Part shown: positions 19,367 to 29,862 of the stretch, piece by piece
Numbering within the stretch: position 1 is the stretch's first letter
How the letters are laid out: each line of letters opens with the position of its first letter
Assembly (NCBI GenBank): GCA_963664225.1
Contig: OY760937.1
Location: 96,001-160,000 of the forward strand
DNA length: 64,000 nucleotides
Source: Verrucomicrobiia bacterium
GTDB lineage: Bacteria > Verrucomicrobiota > Verrucomicrobiia > Limisphaerales > UBA1319
Direction of reading: 5' to 3'
The notes under the pieces: generated by a model
Database searches by the model: none
The model's input: the letters and a program-made list of their open reading frames with translations, nothing else
What the model was told of the DNA's origin: nothing
Program-made: the position numbers and the translations under genes

Positions 19367-20820
19367 CCAATCGTCCAGAAAACGCGAAACAGTCCTCCCT
19401 CTCCGCTCTGGGGACCACGATGCGCGAAGCGCACGTCCCTTATTGGGCCACCAACTCGTGGCGGGCTTGGGAAGCCATTGGGCGGGGTGAGGTGGCTGGT
19501 CCCATCATTCCCGTCCAAATACACCAGCAACCCCCACTCCTCATTCTCCTGGGGGCCGGGATGAGAATTTCCCTAAACCAGGTATTTGTGCAAGTTACTT
19601 GTAATGAATTACATCCCACTTTTTGGTTCATGGGAAGGGCGTGCGTAAATGCCTTTTTCCATTTCGTATGGTTCGCATATTTCGTGGTCAAACTCGGTCC
19701 CTTTTCCCTATCCGTGCAATCCGTCATATCCGTGGTTAAAAATCTGCCCCCGCCAACCCCACGCGGCGGCACCTTCCAAACCGTGCAAAAAAACCAGGAC
19801 TCGCAATACTCCTCCCTCTCCGCTTTGGGGACCACGATGCGCGAAGCGCACGTCCCTTATTGGGCCACCAACTCGTGGCGGGCTTGGGAAGCCATTGGGA
19901 CGGGGTGAGGTGGCTTTTCGTATCCCATCATTCGCATCCAGGGTGTTCGTTTTTTCGATGCCTCAATTGTCCATTTTCTCCCTCATCCGTGCCATCCGTG
20001 CCATCAGTGCCATCAGTGGTTAAAAATCCTGCTCATCCTGCTTATCCATGTTGATATTTCTTCACCCACTTCTTTCCATGTAACTTGTAATGAAAGACAT
20101 CCCACTTTGGGTTCATGGGGAGGGATGAGAATTCCCCGAACCGAAAAGATCGCGCATTGAACCCCTGAACCAGGTATTTATGCATGTTGCTTGTAATGGA
20201 AGACATCGCACTTTTGGGTTCATGGGTAGGGCGTGCGTCAATACGTTTTCCATTTCGCATATTTCGTGGTTAATTTCCTTTTTTCTTTTCTTGTCAATCA
20301 TCCATTCTCCACTCGCCAACCCCACGCGGCGGCACCTCCAAACCACCCACTTGGTCATATGTCAATTGTCCCCTCGCCAACACGGTGCGGCCGTATCCTC
20401 CAAACCGTGCAAAAAAACCAGGACTCGCAATACTCCTCCCTCTCCGCTTTGGGGAGAGGGACGGGGTGAGGTGGCTTTTCGTATCCCATCATTCGCATCC
20501 AGGGTGTTCGTTTTTTCGATGCCTCAATTGTCCATTTCCTCCCTCATCCGTGCCATCCGTGCCATCAGTGGTTAAAAATCCTGCTCATCCTGCTTATCCA
20601 TGTTGATATTTCTTCACCCACTTCTTTCCATGTAACTTGTAATGAAAGACATCCCACTTTGGGTTCATGGGGAGGGCGGTCGTCCTTTCGTATCTGACTT
20701 TTGCCGGACCCTCAATCGGCGCCCGGCCATTCCCGAAACTCTTGCATTATTTGTTTCTTATATACTCACAAGCCCTTTTTAAGGACTTTTTTGCTCGCCG
20801 AAGAATTATGTCCTGCACCC
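19335..20820. repeat. Modular repeat cluster 2 ending in the MITE B-end
   Basis: Internal duplication (~19775-20125 vs ~20398-20676); ~20320-20680 is a near-identical inverted copy of ~54730-55075. Confidence 0.9.
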
Positions 20821-20829
20821 TCTTCTTCA

Positions 20830-21149
20830 GGGTGCAGGACATAATTCAGGAAGCTGGTAAAAGCCTAAACCATACGAACCCATCCAGGACTCCAGTCTGC
20901 GGTGTGGGGCATGGTATCCGACGCGGCGGCATCCTCCAAACCGTGCAATAAACCCAGGGCTCGCAATACTCCTCCTTCTCCTGGGGGAGAAGGCCGGGTT
21001 GAGGGCGGTCGTCCTTTCGTATCTGACTTTTGCCAGACCCTCAATCGGCGCCCGGCCATTCCCGAAACTCTTGCTATATTTGTTTCTTATGTACTCACAA
21101 GCCCTTTTTAAGGACTTTTTTGCTCGCCGAAGAATTATGTCCTGCACCC
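20830..21149. mobile_element. Minimal 320-bp MITE
   Basis: Perfect 18-bp TIRs GGGTGCAGGACATAATTC/GAATTATGTCCTGCACCC and perfect 9-bp flanking repeat TCTTCTTCA (20821-20829, 21150-21158). Confidence 0.92.
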
Positions 21150-21330
21150 TCTTCTTCATTCGCCCGATTTGCGGACTTGATTTGCCTTGGGTCATGGTTT
21201 ACAGAATTGGGTCGTAAAGCTGTAATTGGGTCTTGAGTGTGGGGATCATATTGTGCAACTTTTGCCAACCTTGGCGCCAATGGAGTTGGCTCCGGGAGGG
21301 CAAGTCCGGTGTGGGTTTGCGTATTAATAA

Positions 21331-22218
21331 ATGAGAGCTTTGATTATCGCCGCGTTGTTTTGGGTCCAGTTCCCGGTCGCCCAAGCCGCTGAGGCGTCCG
21401 CCGAGGCGGAAGGCCATGGCATTCCTTTGCACGCGGTTGAAATCTTCAAAATTGGGCCGTTTCCCATCACCAATTCCATTCTGGTCACCTGGTTTGTGGC
21501 TCTGGGCATCATCCTGTTCGCCCGCCTGGCCACCCGTCAAATGCGCGACGTTCCCTCGGGCGCGCAGAACTTGTTGGAATGGCTGGTGGAGGGGCTCTAT
21601 GATTTTCTTACGGGCATCATTGGATCGACCCTGGCCAAAAAGACCTTCTGGTTTTTCGCCACGGTTTTCATTTTCATCCTGAGCGCGAACTGGTTCGGAT
21701 TGATCCCCGGAGCCGGCACGATTGGCTGGGGGCATGCGGGCGAGAAAGGGTTCGTCGTCACCGAACCGTTCTTTCGCGGGGTCAACGCCGATCTGAACAT
21801 GACATTTGCGATGGCGATGATTTTCTTTGTTCTTTGGACGGTTTGGGCGCTGCAAATCAACGGCATCAAGGGATTCTTTATGCATATTTTCGGGGCTCCC
21901 AAAGGAGACATGCAGGGCATCATGAAGTTTGTGATGGCGGCAGTGTTTTTGATGGTCGGTTTGCTGGAGGTCGTTTCGATTATGTTTCGACCCGTTTCTT
22001 TGAGCTTTCGTCTATTTGGAAACGTCTATGCGGGTGAGAACATGCTCGAGGCGATGTCCAACATCGTCCCCCAACTCAACTGGCTCATCCCGGTGCCGTT
22101 TTATTTTCTGGAAGTATTGGTGGGCCTGATTCAGGCCATGGTGTTCATGTTATTAACGGCGGTGTTTACGCAGCTCATTTGCCAGCACGAGGAGGACCCC
22201 GGGGCCGCGCACCATTAA
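21331..22218 (+). CDS. atpB: F0F1 ATP synthase subunit a
   Basis: RPVSLSFRLFGNVYAGE, GLIQAMVF. Confidence 0.96.
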   Translation: MRALIIAALFWVQFPVAQAAEASAEAEGHGIPLHAVEIFKIGPFPITNSILVTWFVALGIILFARLATRQMRDVPSGAQNLLEWLVEGLYDFLTGIIGSTLAKKTFWFFATVFIFILSANWFGLIPGAGTIGWGHAGEKGFVVTEPFFRGVNADLNMTFAMAMIFFVLWTVWALQINGIKGFFMHIFGAPKGDMQGIMKFVMAAVFLMVGLLEVVSIMFRPVSLSFRLFGNVYAGENMLEAMSNIVPQLNWLIPVPFYFLEVLVGLIQAMVFMLLTAVFTQLICQHEEDPGAAHH

Positions 22219-22285
22219 AGAAACAATTTCGGCGGCTGGATCGTGGCAAACGCGAGGGCCGCTGACCAAAGCACAAAGGAAACGT

Positions 22286-22501
22286 ATGATGATCCCCCTG
22301 TTAGCGGAAATGAATGGCAATATCCACATCGCTGGCGCCTGTTTGGGCGCGGCACTGGGTGTGGGCTTGATTGGCGCAAAAGCCTCGGAAGCGGTCGGAC
22401 GCAATCCAGGCGCATCCACGAAGGTCCTTGTTCAGGCCATTCTGAGCACGGCCTTCGCCGAAGGTATCGTGTTTTTCGCGATTTTCCTGGCGGGTAAGTA
22501 A
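22286..22501 (+). CDS. atpE: F0F1 ATP synthase subunit c
   Basis: Gly-rich helix, GRNP loop, FAEG carboxylate. Confidence 0.95.
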   Translation: MMIPLLAEMNGNIHIAGACLGAALGVGLIGAKASEAVGRNPGASTKVLVQAILSTAFAEGIVFFAIFLAGK

Positions 22502-22505
22502 TTCG

Positions 22506-22545
22506 CGGATGCGGTGATTTGAAGTCACCGCGTCCGTTTACTTTG
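22506..22545 (+). terminator. Intra-operon hairpin after atpE
   Basis: CGGATGCGGTGA-TTTGAAG-TCACCGCGTCCG followed by TTTACTTTG. Confidence 0.55.
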
Positions 22546-22555
22546 TTTCGGTGTT

Positions 22556-23107
22556 ATGAATTCGTATATTTTATTGGGCAATATTGCCGGGGACTTGAGC
22601 CAGTCGGGGCGTGAAGTCGTCACCACGTTCGGTTTGAGCTGGCCGGCGTTCATCGCGCAGGTGATCAGTTTCACCATTGTGGCCCTGGCTCTGCGCCAAT
22701 GGGCTTACAAGCCCATCCTGCAGGTGCTTGAATTCCGCCGCCAGACCATTGCCGACGGTATTTCCAACGCGGAAAAGATCAAAGCCGAACTGGCAAAGGC
22801 CGAGACGGCCCGCAAGGAAATCATCGTCCAGGCCAACGCCCAGGCCAATGAATTGATCGCCGAAGCGCGTGCCGCTGCAAGCCGCGTCAACGAGGTCGAG
22901 ATTCAAAAAGCGGTGGCCGCCGCCGAACAGATCATTGCCAAGGCGCGCGAGGCGGCTCTGGCCGACCATGCCAGGATGCTTGCCGATCTCAAACGCGAAG
23001 TGGGCCGGCTGGTGGTCGAAACGACTGTCCGGGTCTCCGGCAAGGTGCTGACGATGGAGGATCAACAGCGGTTGATCCGGGAAACCAATGACCAACTGGC
23101 CGCCTGA
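22556..23107 (+). CDS. atpF: F0F1 ATP synthase subunit b
   Basis: One TM segment, WAYKPI...RR, Ala-rich coiled coil; operon position. Confidence 0.94.
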   Translation: MNSYILLGNIAGDLSQSGREVVTTFGLSWPAFIAQVISFTIVALALRQWAYKPILQVLEFRRQTIADGISNAEKIKAELAKAETARKEIIVQANAQANELIAEARAAASRVNEVEIQKAVAAAEQIIAKAREAALADHARMLADLKREVGRLVVETTVRVSGKVLTMEDQQRLIRETNDQLAA

Positions 23108-23139
23108 AGCGCTGCCGTGACGAAACAACGGATTCTCCC

Positions 23140-23535
23140 ATGAAAGCCTCCAAACTGGCCCGCCGCGAAGCAAAAACGCTCCTGAAACTGTGCAGGGTCG
23201 ATGGCCTGATCGATGCCTCCCGCGTTCAACTCGTGGTCAACCGGTTGATCGCTACAAAACCCAGGCAATATGTGGCGATTCTGACCGATTTCTATCGCCT
23301 TTTTCGGCTGGAAACCGAGATGAAAGCCGTTCAGGTTCAAACCGTTATCCCCTTGTCGGACACTTTGAAGTCCGACTTGCAGGCGAATCTGGATCGGCGT
23401 TATGGCAAAGGCCTCGAATATCAGTTTTCACAAAATCCCGCTTTGCTGGGCGGCATGCGTGTCCAGGTGGGCAGCGATGTTTTCGACGGCAGCATCCGCG
23501 CGCGATTGAATGCGCTGGAAGAAAAATTTAACTGA
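23140..23535 (+). CDS. atpH: F0F1 ATP synthase subunit delta (short form)
   Basis: [25 protein letters not shown]. Confidence 0.92.
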   Translation: MKASKLARREAKTLLKLCRVDGLIDASRVQLVVNRLIATKPRQYVAILTDFYRLFRLETEMKAVQVQTVIPLSDTLKSDLQANLDRRYGKGLEYQFSQNPALLGGMRVQVGSDVFDGSIRARLNALEEKFN

Positions 23536-23537
23536 AC

Positions 23538-25079
23538 ATGAGCACGTTATTACAAGATATTGAAGCCCAGATTGCCGGTGTAAAAACCAATGTAAACCGG
23601 CAAAACGTGGGTGTGGTCCGGGAAATCGGCGATGGTGTGGCCAAGATTGAGGGCCTCAACGATGTCATGGCCAACGAAATGATCGACTTCGGTCATGGCG
23701 TGATGGGTCTGGCATTGAACCTGGAGGAAACCGAGGTGGGCGCCATTATTCTGGGCGATTACACCCACATCAAGGAGGGCCAGGAAGTCCGCACCACCGG
23801 CAAACTGCTGCAGATTCCCGTGGGCAAAGGCTTGCTCGGTCGCGTGGTGGACGTCCTCGGCAATCCGTTGGACGGCAAGGGTCCCATCGTCAGCGACACG
23901 GCGTATCCGGTGGAAAAAATCGCTCCCGGCATCATCAAGCGCCGCTCGGTCACTCAGCCGGTGCAAACGGGCATCCTGCCCATCGACGCCATGATTCCGA
24001 TCGGTCGCGGCCAGCGAGAACTGATCATTGGCGATCGTTCCACCGGCAAAACGACGATTTGCATCGATACGATCATCAATCAGGCGCGGATGAACAAGGC
24101 GGCGGAGGCGTCCAAGGAAAAGGATTTTCGCCCTCTATATTCCATCTACGTCGCTGTGGGGCAGAAACAGTCGAACATTGCCCGTGTGATCAGCGTGCTC
24201 GAAGAAAACGGAGCCATGCCCTACACGATCATCGTTGTGGCCAGCGCCTCGGATTCCGCCACCAACCAGTATCTGGCGCCGTTCTCGGGATGCGCCATCG
24301 GCGAGTGGTTCATGGATAACGGCATGGACGCGCTGATTATTTTTGATGATTTGTCCAAGCACGCCGCGGCTTACCGTCAGGTCTCCCTCATTTTGAAGCG
24401 TCCCTCCGGTCGTGAAGCCTATCCGGGCGATGTATTTTATCTCCATAGCCGGTTGCTGGAGCGTTCCGCGCGGTTGAACGAAAAGAGCGGCAACGGCTCG
24501 CTGACGGCGTTGCCGATCATCGAAACCCAGCTAGGCGACGTTTCGGCTTACATTCCCACGAACGTGATTTCCATCACGGACGGCCAGATTTTCCTTGAAA
24601 CCGATTTGTTCTATCAGGGCATTCGTCCTGCAATTTCCGTCGGCATTTCAGTCTCCCGCGTCGGTTCCGCCGCGCAGATCAAGGCTATGAAGCAGGTGGC
24701 TGGACGCGTCAAGCTCGAGCTGGCCCAGTTCCGTGAATTGGCCGCTTTCGCTCAATTCGGATCGGACCTGGATGCGGGTACGGCGGCGAAGATCGAGCGT
24801 GGCAAACGCATTGTGGAAATCTTCAAACAGGCCCAGTACAACCCCATTCCGGTCGAGATCCAGGTGGCGGTGATCTGGTGCTCGCAAAACGGTTATTTCG
24901 ACGATGTGCCGGTGGAAAAGGTCAAGGATTTCCAGGCGAAATTGACGGATTACCTGACGGGCCGCAAACCGGAGCTTCTGGCGAAGATTGCAAAGGAAAA
25001 AGCGCTCAACGACGCGCTTTCCGCCGACCTAAAGGCGGCCATTGTGGAATTCAAACAGGGATACAATCCCAAGGCTTAA
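23538..25079 (+). CDS. atpA: F0F1 ATP synthase subunit alpha
   Basis: [38 protein letters not shown]. Confidence 0.98.
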   Translation: MSTLLQDIEAQIAGVKTNVNRQNVGVVREIGDGVAKIEGLNDVMANEMIDFGHGVMGLALNLEETEVGAIILGDYTHIKEGQEVRTTGKLLQIPVGKGLLGRVVDVLGNPLDGKGPIVSDTAYPVEKIAPGIIKRRSVTQPVQTGILPIDAMIPIGRGQRELIIGDRSTGKTTICIDTIINQARMNKAAEASKEKDFRPLYSIYVAVGQKQSNIARVISVLEENGAMPYTIIVVASASDSATNQYLAPFSGCAIGEWFMDNGMDALIIFDDLSKHAAAYRQVSLILKRPSGREAYPGDVFYLHSRLLERSARLNEKSGNGSLTALPIIETQLGDVSAYIPTNVISITDGQIFLETDLFYQGIRPAISVGISVSRVGSAAQIKAMKQVAGRVKLELAQFRELAAFAQFGSDLDAGTAAKIERGKRIVEIFKQAQYNPIPVEIQVAVIWCSQNGYFDDVPVEKVKDFQAKLTDYLTGRKPELLAKIAKEKALNDALSADLKAAIVEFKQGYNPKA

Positions 25080-25142
25080 AGGTCTGTTTACCCTTTGGCC
25101 TGTCAACCATCTGGCCTGTTGGCCAATGCGGTGTTTTTCAGA

Positions 25143-25172
25143 AGGCAGGAGGTTCTCGCGGGCTTCCTGCCT
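25143..25172. terminator. Hairpin between atpA and the convergent rhomboid gene
   Basis: AGGCAGGAGGTTC-TCGC-GGGCTTCCTGCCT. Confidence 0.6.
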
Positions 25173-25191
25173 CTTCATGTACGCAGGCTGC

Positions 25192-25749
25192 TCAAGCGTG
25201 TTGAGCACGGGCTGTGAGCGTGCCTGCAATGGCGCCGCACAGATGGCCCTCCCAGGAGATGGGGCCGTTCTGGGGCAGCACGCCATAGAACATGCCACCG
25301 AATAATATCAGCACGGCTCCCGCCACAAAGGCAGCCCGCCAGCTTTTCATCCACAGGGCCGCGACGATCAGGTAGGCGGCCAGACCGAAGATTACGGAAC
25401 TGGCTCCAATGTGAATCGTGTGTCCGCGTCCCACCAGCCATGTGCCAAAGCCGCTGGCCACCCAAATGATGGCCAATGTGCGCCAGGGTTTATAATGCCG
25501 GTCCGCAAGCAGGAGGATGAGAAAAATGAACAGCGGCAGGGCATTGGCCAGGAGATGATTCCAGTTGGCATGGAGGAGGGGACTGAACACGATTCCCACC
25601 AGACCCGGACGGGTTCGCGGCACAATGCCAAAGGGTCCGGCGGAGATGGCCAGGGCCATGCGCAGCAAATGCGCCGCGAAAAGGACGCACACAGAGATGG
25701 CACTGATTTCCACAGCGTCCATGACACCCCGCTGGCTTGGTTTACCCAT
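25192..25749 (-). CDS. Rhomboid intramembrane serine protease
   Basis: SPLLHANWNHLLAN, HIGASS, SWEGHLCGAIAG. Confidence 0.9.
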   Translation of the reverse strand: MGKPSQRGVMDAVEISAISVCVLFAAHLLRMALAISAGPFGIVPRTRPGLVGIVFSPLLHANWNHLLANALPLFIFLILLLADRHYKPWRTLAIIWVASGFGTWLVGRGHTIHIGASSVIFGLAAYLIVAALWMKSWRAAFVAGAVLILFGGMFYGVLPQNGPISWEGHLCGAIAGTLTARAQHA

Positions 25750-25831
25750 TGGCGCGATGATGCCGGTCGCGCGCGTTGGGGTAAAAGAAAAAATGGACTG
25801 TGCGATGACCTGTTGGACCGGGGATGTGGTG

Positions 25832-25859
25832 TTGAAAAGGTGGGCCGACAAGGTATAAT
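25832..25859 (+). promoter_or_regulatory. Sigma-70-type promoter candidate for metF
   Basis: TTGAAA-16 nt-TATAAT. Confidence 0.55.
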
Positions 25860-25942
25860 CCACATTGCCTTGCGCGGATGAGACATGGTGTGATGCCGGG
25901 GAAGGAATTGTTATTTGGTTCTAACGGAAAATCAGGGTCCTT

Positions 25943-26809
25943 ATGAAATTATCGCAATTATATCGCCAGCCCGGGTTCGTGCTGTCCTTCGAGGTGTTTC
26001 CACCCAAGCCGGAGACTCCTCTCGAGACGGTCTTCGAGACCATCAGGCAACTTAGGGAGTTGAAGCCGAGCTTCATCAGCGTGACCTATGGGGCGGGCGG
26101 CTCCCAAAAGGGCCGGACGGTGGAGATTGCCTCACGGATCAGGAACGAGTTTGGATTGGAAGCAATGGCGCACCTGACCTGCGTGGGCCACACGAGGGCG
26201 GATATCGACCGGATTCTGGCCGATCTCGCTGAATACGGTGTGGATAATGTGCTGGCCCTGCGCGGCGATCCGCCGCATAACCAGCCGGATTTCGATTTCA
26301 GCAAGGGGGAGTTCAAGTACGCCACGGAGTTGGTGCGGCACATCCGCCAGAGGCCGGATTTTTGTGTGGTGGCAGCCGCCTACCCAGAGGGGCACCGCGC
26401 CTCGTCGCGGATTTCCGAGGATTGGCGACATTTGAAGGAAAAGGTCGATGCCGGCGCCGAGGTGTTGATCACGCAATTATTTTACGACAACCGGGTGTTT
26501 TTCCATTTCCTGGAAACGGTGCGTTCGATGGGGATTAATTGTCCGATCGTGCCGGGCATCATGCCCATTTTTAATGCCAAACAGATCAAGCGCATTCTGA
26601 CGATGTGCGGCGCGGCCATGCCGCCCGAGGTGCTGCTCATGCTCGACAAATATGAGAATTCGCCCGAGGACATGCTCAAGGCGGGGGTGGAGTTCGCGGT
26701 GCGCCAGATTCAGGAATTAATGGCCAATGGGGCCGATGGAATCCATTTGGAGCCAATGAACAAGCCCGATGTGGCACGGGAAATTTTGCGGGGAATTGGG
26801 AAAATATAA
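25943..26809 (+). CDS. metF: Methylenetetrahydrofolate reductase
   Basis: SFEVFPPK, SVTYGAGGS, AHLTC, LALRGDPP, ITQLFYDN. Confidence 0.96.
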   Translation: MKLSQLYRQPGFVLSFEVFPPKPETPLETVFETIRQLRELKPSFISVTYGAGGSQKGRTVEIASRIRNEFGLEAMAHLTCVGHTRADIDRILADLAEYGVDNVLALRGDPPHNQPDFDFSKGEFKYATELVRHIRQRPDFCVVAAAYPEGHRASSRISEDWRHLKEKVDAGAEVLITQLFYDNRVFFHFLETVRSMGINCPIVPGIMPIFNAKQIKRILTMCGAAMPPEVLLMLDKYENSPEDMLKAGVEFAVRQIQELMANGADGIHLEPMNKPDVAREILRGIGKI

Positions 26810-26990
26810 TTTGCAAAACCGTGATTTTATGCTTGCTCATCTTCCATAAACGATTAAACTGGACGCCGTTGGATTCATGTCACTACATGGCTTGGAAGTC
26901 TGCCAGTTGAACATGGTTTGATGGCGGCCTGTAACCCGGAGGTCGGGAACAAGGCGTGCAGGGACGCTCCATTGAAAAGTAGATATTATC

Positions 26991-27311
26991 ATGAGCACAC
27001 GGTTATTCGTAGGAAATCTCTCCTTCAAAACTACCCAGGATCAACTCCAGGCAATCTTCGCCGCCCATGGCGTCGTCAATAATGTGGACATGATCATGGA
27101 TAAATTCAGCGGACGCCCCCGTGGGTTCGCTTTTGTCACCATGGAGGAAGCAGTAGCTGCTGAACAGGCCATCGAAGCCTTGCATGGGAAAAGTGTGGAT
27201 GGCCGCGATCTGACCGTCAATATTGCCCGTCCTCGCGAAGATCGCCCAGATCGTGATAATCGCGATAATCGAAGCGACCGAGCTCCCCGGTCCTATGATA
27301 ACCGGGCTTGA
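26991..27311 (+). CDS. RRM RNA-binding protein
   Basis: RNP2 LFVGNL, RNP1 RGFAFVTM. Confidence 0.93.
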   Translation: MSTRLFVGNLSFKTTQDQLQAIFAAHGVVNNVDMIMDKFSGRPRGFAFVTMEEAVAAEQAIEALHGKSVDGRDLTVNIARPREDRPDRDNRDNRSDRAPRSYDNRA

Positions 27312-27335
27312 GTCAAAATAAAACTTGCATTACGC

Positions 27336-27364
27336 AGGGACGCCTCACAAAGGCGTCCCTTTTT
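27336..27364 (+). terminator. Rho-independent terminator
   Basis: AGGGACGCCT-CACAA-AGGCGTCCCT followed by TTTT. Confidence 0.8.
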
Positions 27365-27390
27365 GCGTACGCGTTCCAATTCGGGCGCAG

Positions 27391-27951
27391 TTAAACGGTC
27401 ATCAGCTCTTTTTCCTTGGCTGCGAGCTGCTGATCGATTTTTCCGATGTAATCATCGGTCAATTTCTGGATTTCCTTTTCCGTGGTCTTCTGCTCGTCCT
27501 CGGTGATCGAGGAGGCCTTGGCCTCTTTTTTCAGATTCTCAATGGCATCGCGACGAATATGACGAATGGAGACCCTGCCGTCTTCGGAGAGTTTATGGAC
27601 AAGCTTGGTCAATTCCTGGCGGCGTTCCTGGCTGAGATCGGGGAGAACCAGCCGTATGATCTTCTTGTCGATGGCCGGATTGATGCCCAGGTTGCTCTTT
27701 TGAATGGCCTTTTCGATGGGATGAAGCATGGAGGCATCCCAGGGCGTGACAACGATGACGCGGGACTCGGGGGTGGTGATGCCGGCCAGCTCGCGCAAAC
27801 GCATCTGGCCTCCATAGGCTTCAACGGGAAGGTTTTCCACAAGCGCGGGTGAGGCCTTGCCCGTGCGGACTCCGCTGAACTCGTGGATTACGACATCCAG
27901 CGACTTGATCATGCGCTCCTCGGTCCCCAGTAAAATATCGTCAATTGTCAT
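27391..27951 (-). CDS. frr: Ribosome recycling factor
   Basis: VRTGKASP, ERRQEL, RHIRRDA; synteny with pyrH. Confidence 0.97.
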   Translation of the reverse strand: MTIDDILLGTEERMIKSLDVVIHEFSGVRTGKASPALVENLPVEAYGGQMRLRELAGITTPESRVIVVTPWDASMLHPIEKAIQKSNLGINPAIDKKIIRLVLPDLSQERRQELTKLVHKLSEDGRVSIRHIRRDAIENLKKEAKASSITEDEQKTTEKEIQKLTDDYIGKIDQQLAAKEKELMTV

Positions 27952-28020
27952 AGCTGGTTTAGTTTAGCAAAAAACAGGTGCAATGTAAAGAAGCATTCGA
28001 GTGTTTCTGGCCGGCCCGCA

Positions 28021-28863
<843 letters not shown>

Positions 28864-28902
28864 CTATCAGCGAAACACCGGTTCGTCAATGGGACCGAAG
28901 AC

Positions 28903-28933
28903 AAAAAAAGCGGCAGTCACAGGACTGCCGCTT
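28903..28933 (-). terminator. Terminator after tsf
   Basis: AAGCGGCAGTC-ACAG-GACTGCCGCTT with an A-tract that reads as a U-tract on the minus strand. Confidence 0.8.
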
Positions 28934-28978
28934 GAAAGGCTGCCGGAACGCAAAAGATTGCGTCCGCAAGAAACGGGA

Positions 28979-29821
28979 TCAACCGTTGAATTCTTCGCCC
29001 ACCTGGAAGCGCACGAAACGGCGCACCGCAAGCTCGTCGCCCAATGTTTTGCTGACGGCCGCAAGGTGCTCCTTGACCGTGATCTCTCCGTTTTGTTTGA
29101 CGAATCCCTGTTCGAGCAGACAGACGGTTTGATAGAACTTATCCAATTTGCCGGAGACAATTTTCTCAACGACACCCGCCGGTTTGTTTTTGACCTGCTC
29201 GGCGGCGATTTCTTTTTCCTTGGCAATCGTGGCGGGATCGACATTTTCGCGGCTCACGGAAATCGGGCTGGCCGCCGCGATCTGCAGGGTGACGTCCTTG
29301 ACGACTTGCTTGAAGGCTTCAGTCTGGATGGAGGCCTCTTTTCCAGCGGCCACTTCGACCAGAACTCCGACTTTGGCGCCGGTATGAATGTAAGCGGCAA
29401 CGGCTCCGTTCCCGGTTACTTCAAAACGCTGCATGCGGGCGATTTTGATGTTCTCGCCGATTTTGGCGACCTGCGCCATGCGGACGGCCTCGAGATCCGC
29501 CTTTGGATTTGCGGCGAGCGCCTTGGCGGCCTCATCGCAGAAGGCGCGGAAGGTGTCGTTTTTGGCGACAAAATCCGTTTCGCAATTCACTTCGACCAGA
29601 ATGCCCACTTTGGCTCCCGGTTGGATGTGCTGGGCAATCACCCCGTCCTTGGCGGATCGGGAGGCCTTTTTGGCTGCGGTGGCCATGCCTTTTTTGCGGA
29701 GGAAATCGACAGCGGTGTCGAGATCACCCTTGCATTCGGTCAAGGCCTTTTTGCAATCCATCATTCCGACATTGGTGATTTCGCGTAATTTCGCGACCAT
29801 TGCGGCTGTAATTTCTGCCAT
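28979..29821 (-). CDS. tsf: Elongation factor Ts
   Basis: GMMDCKKAL, EVNCETDFVA. Confidence 0.98.
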   Translation of the reverse strand: MAEITAAMVAKLREITNVGMMDCKKALTECKGDLDTAVDFLRKKGMATAAKKASRSAKDGVIAQHIQPGAKVGILVEVNCETDFVAKNDTFRAFCDEAAKALAANPKADLEAVRMAQVAKIGENIKIARMQRFEVTGNGAVAAYIHTGAKVGVLVEVAAGKEASIQTEAFKQVVKDVTLQIAAASPISVSRENVDPATIAKEKEIAAEQVKNKPAGVVEKIVSGKLDKFYQTVCLLEQGFVKQNGEITVKEHLAAVSKTLGDELAVRRFVRFQVGEEFNG

Positions 29822-29862
29822 AATTCGTTCCTTAATGAATGTTGATCGTTGGTGTAAATGGA

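Larger units (their letters stand above)
14621..20820. mobile_element. Putative 6.2-kb non-autonomous composite element bounded by MITE ends
   Basis: Left TIR GGGTGCATGACAAAATTC (14621-14638), right TIR GAATTATGTCCTGCACCC (20803-20820), flanks TCTTGTTCA (14612-14620) and TCTTCTTCA (20821-20829). Internal repeat modules at both ends are co-oriented. Confidence 0.65.

Noticed and set aside
19420..21217. ORFs inside the repeat clusters (also 14618-15323, 54779-55488, 56340-57242, 61588-62612)
   Set aside because: They are translations of the non-coding modules, with frames that change between copies.
22286..22501. Na+-translocating or N-type ATPase
   Set aside because: Subunit c has AEG rather than the E-S/T sodium signature, and gene order is the standard F-type.
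25860..25942. SAM riboswitch upstream of metF
   Set aside because: The leader is short and has no consensus I can recognise; an Rfam scan would settle it.
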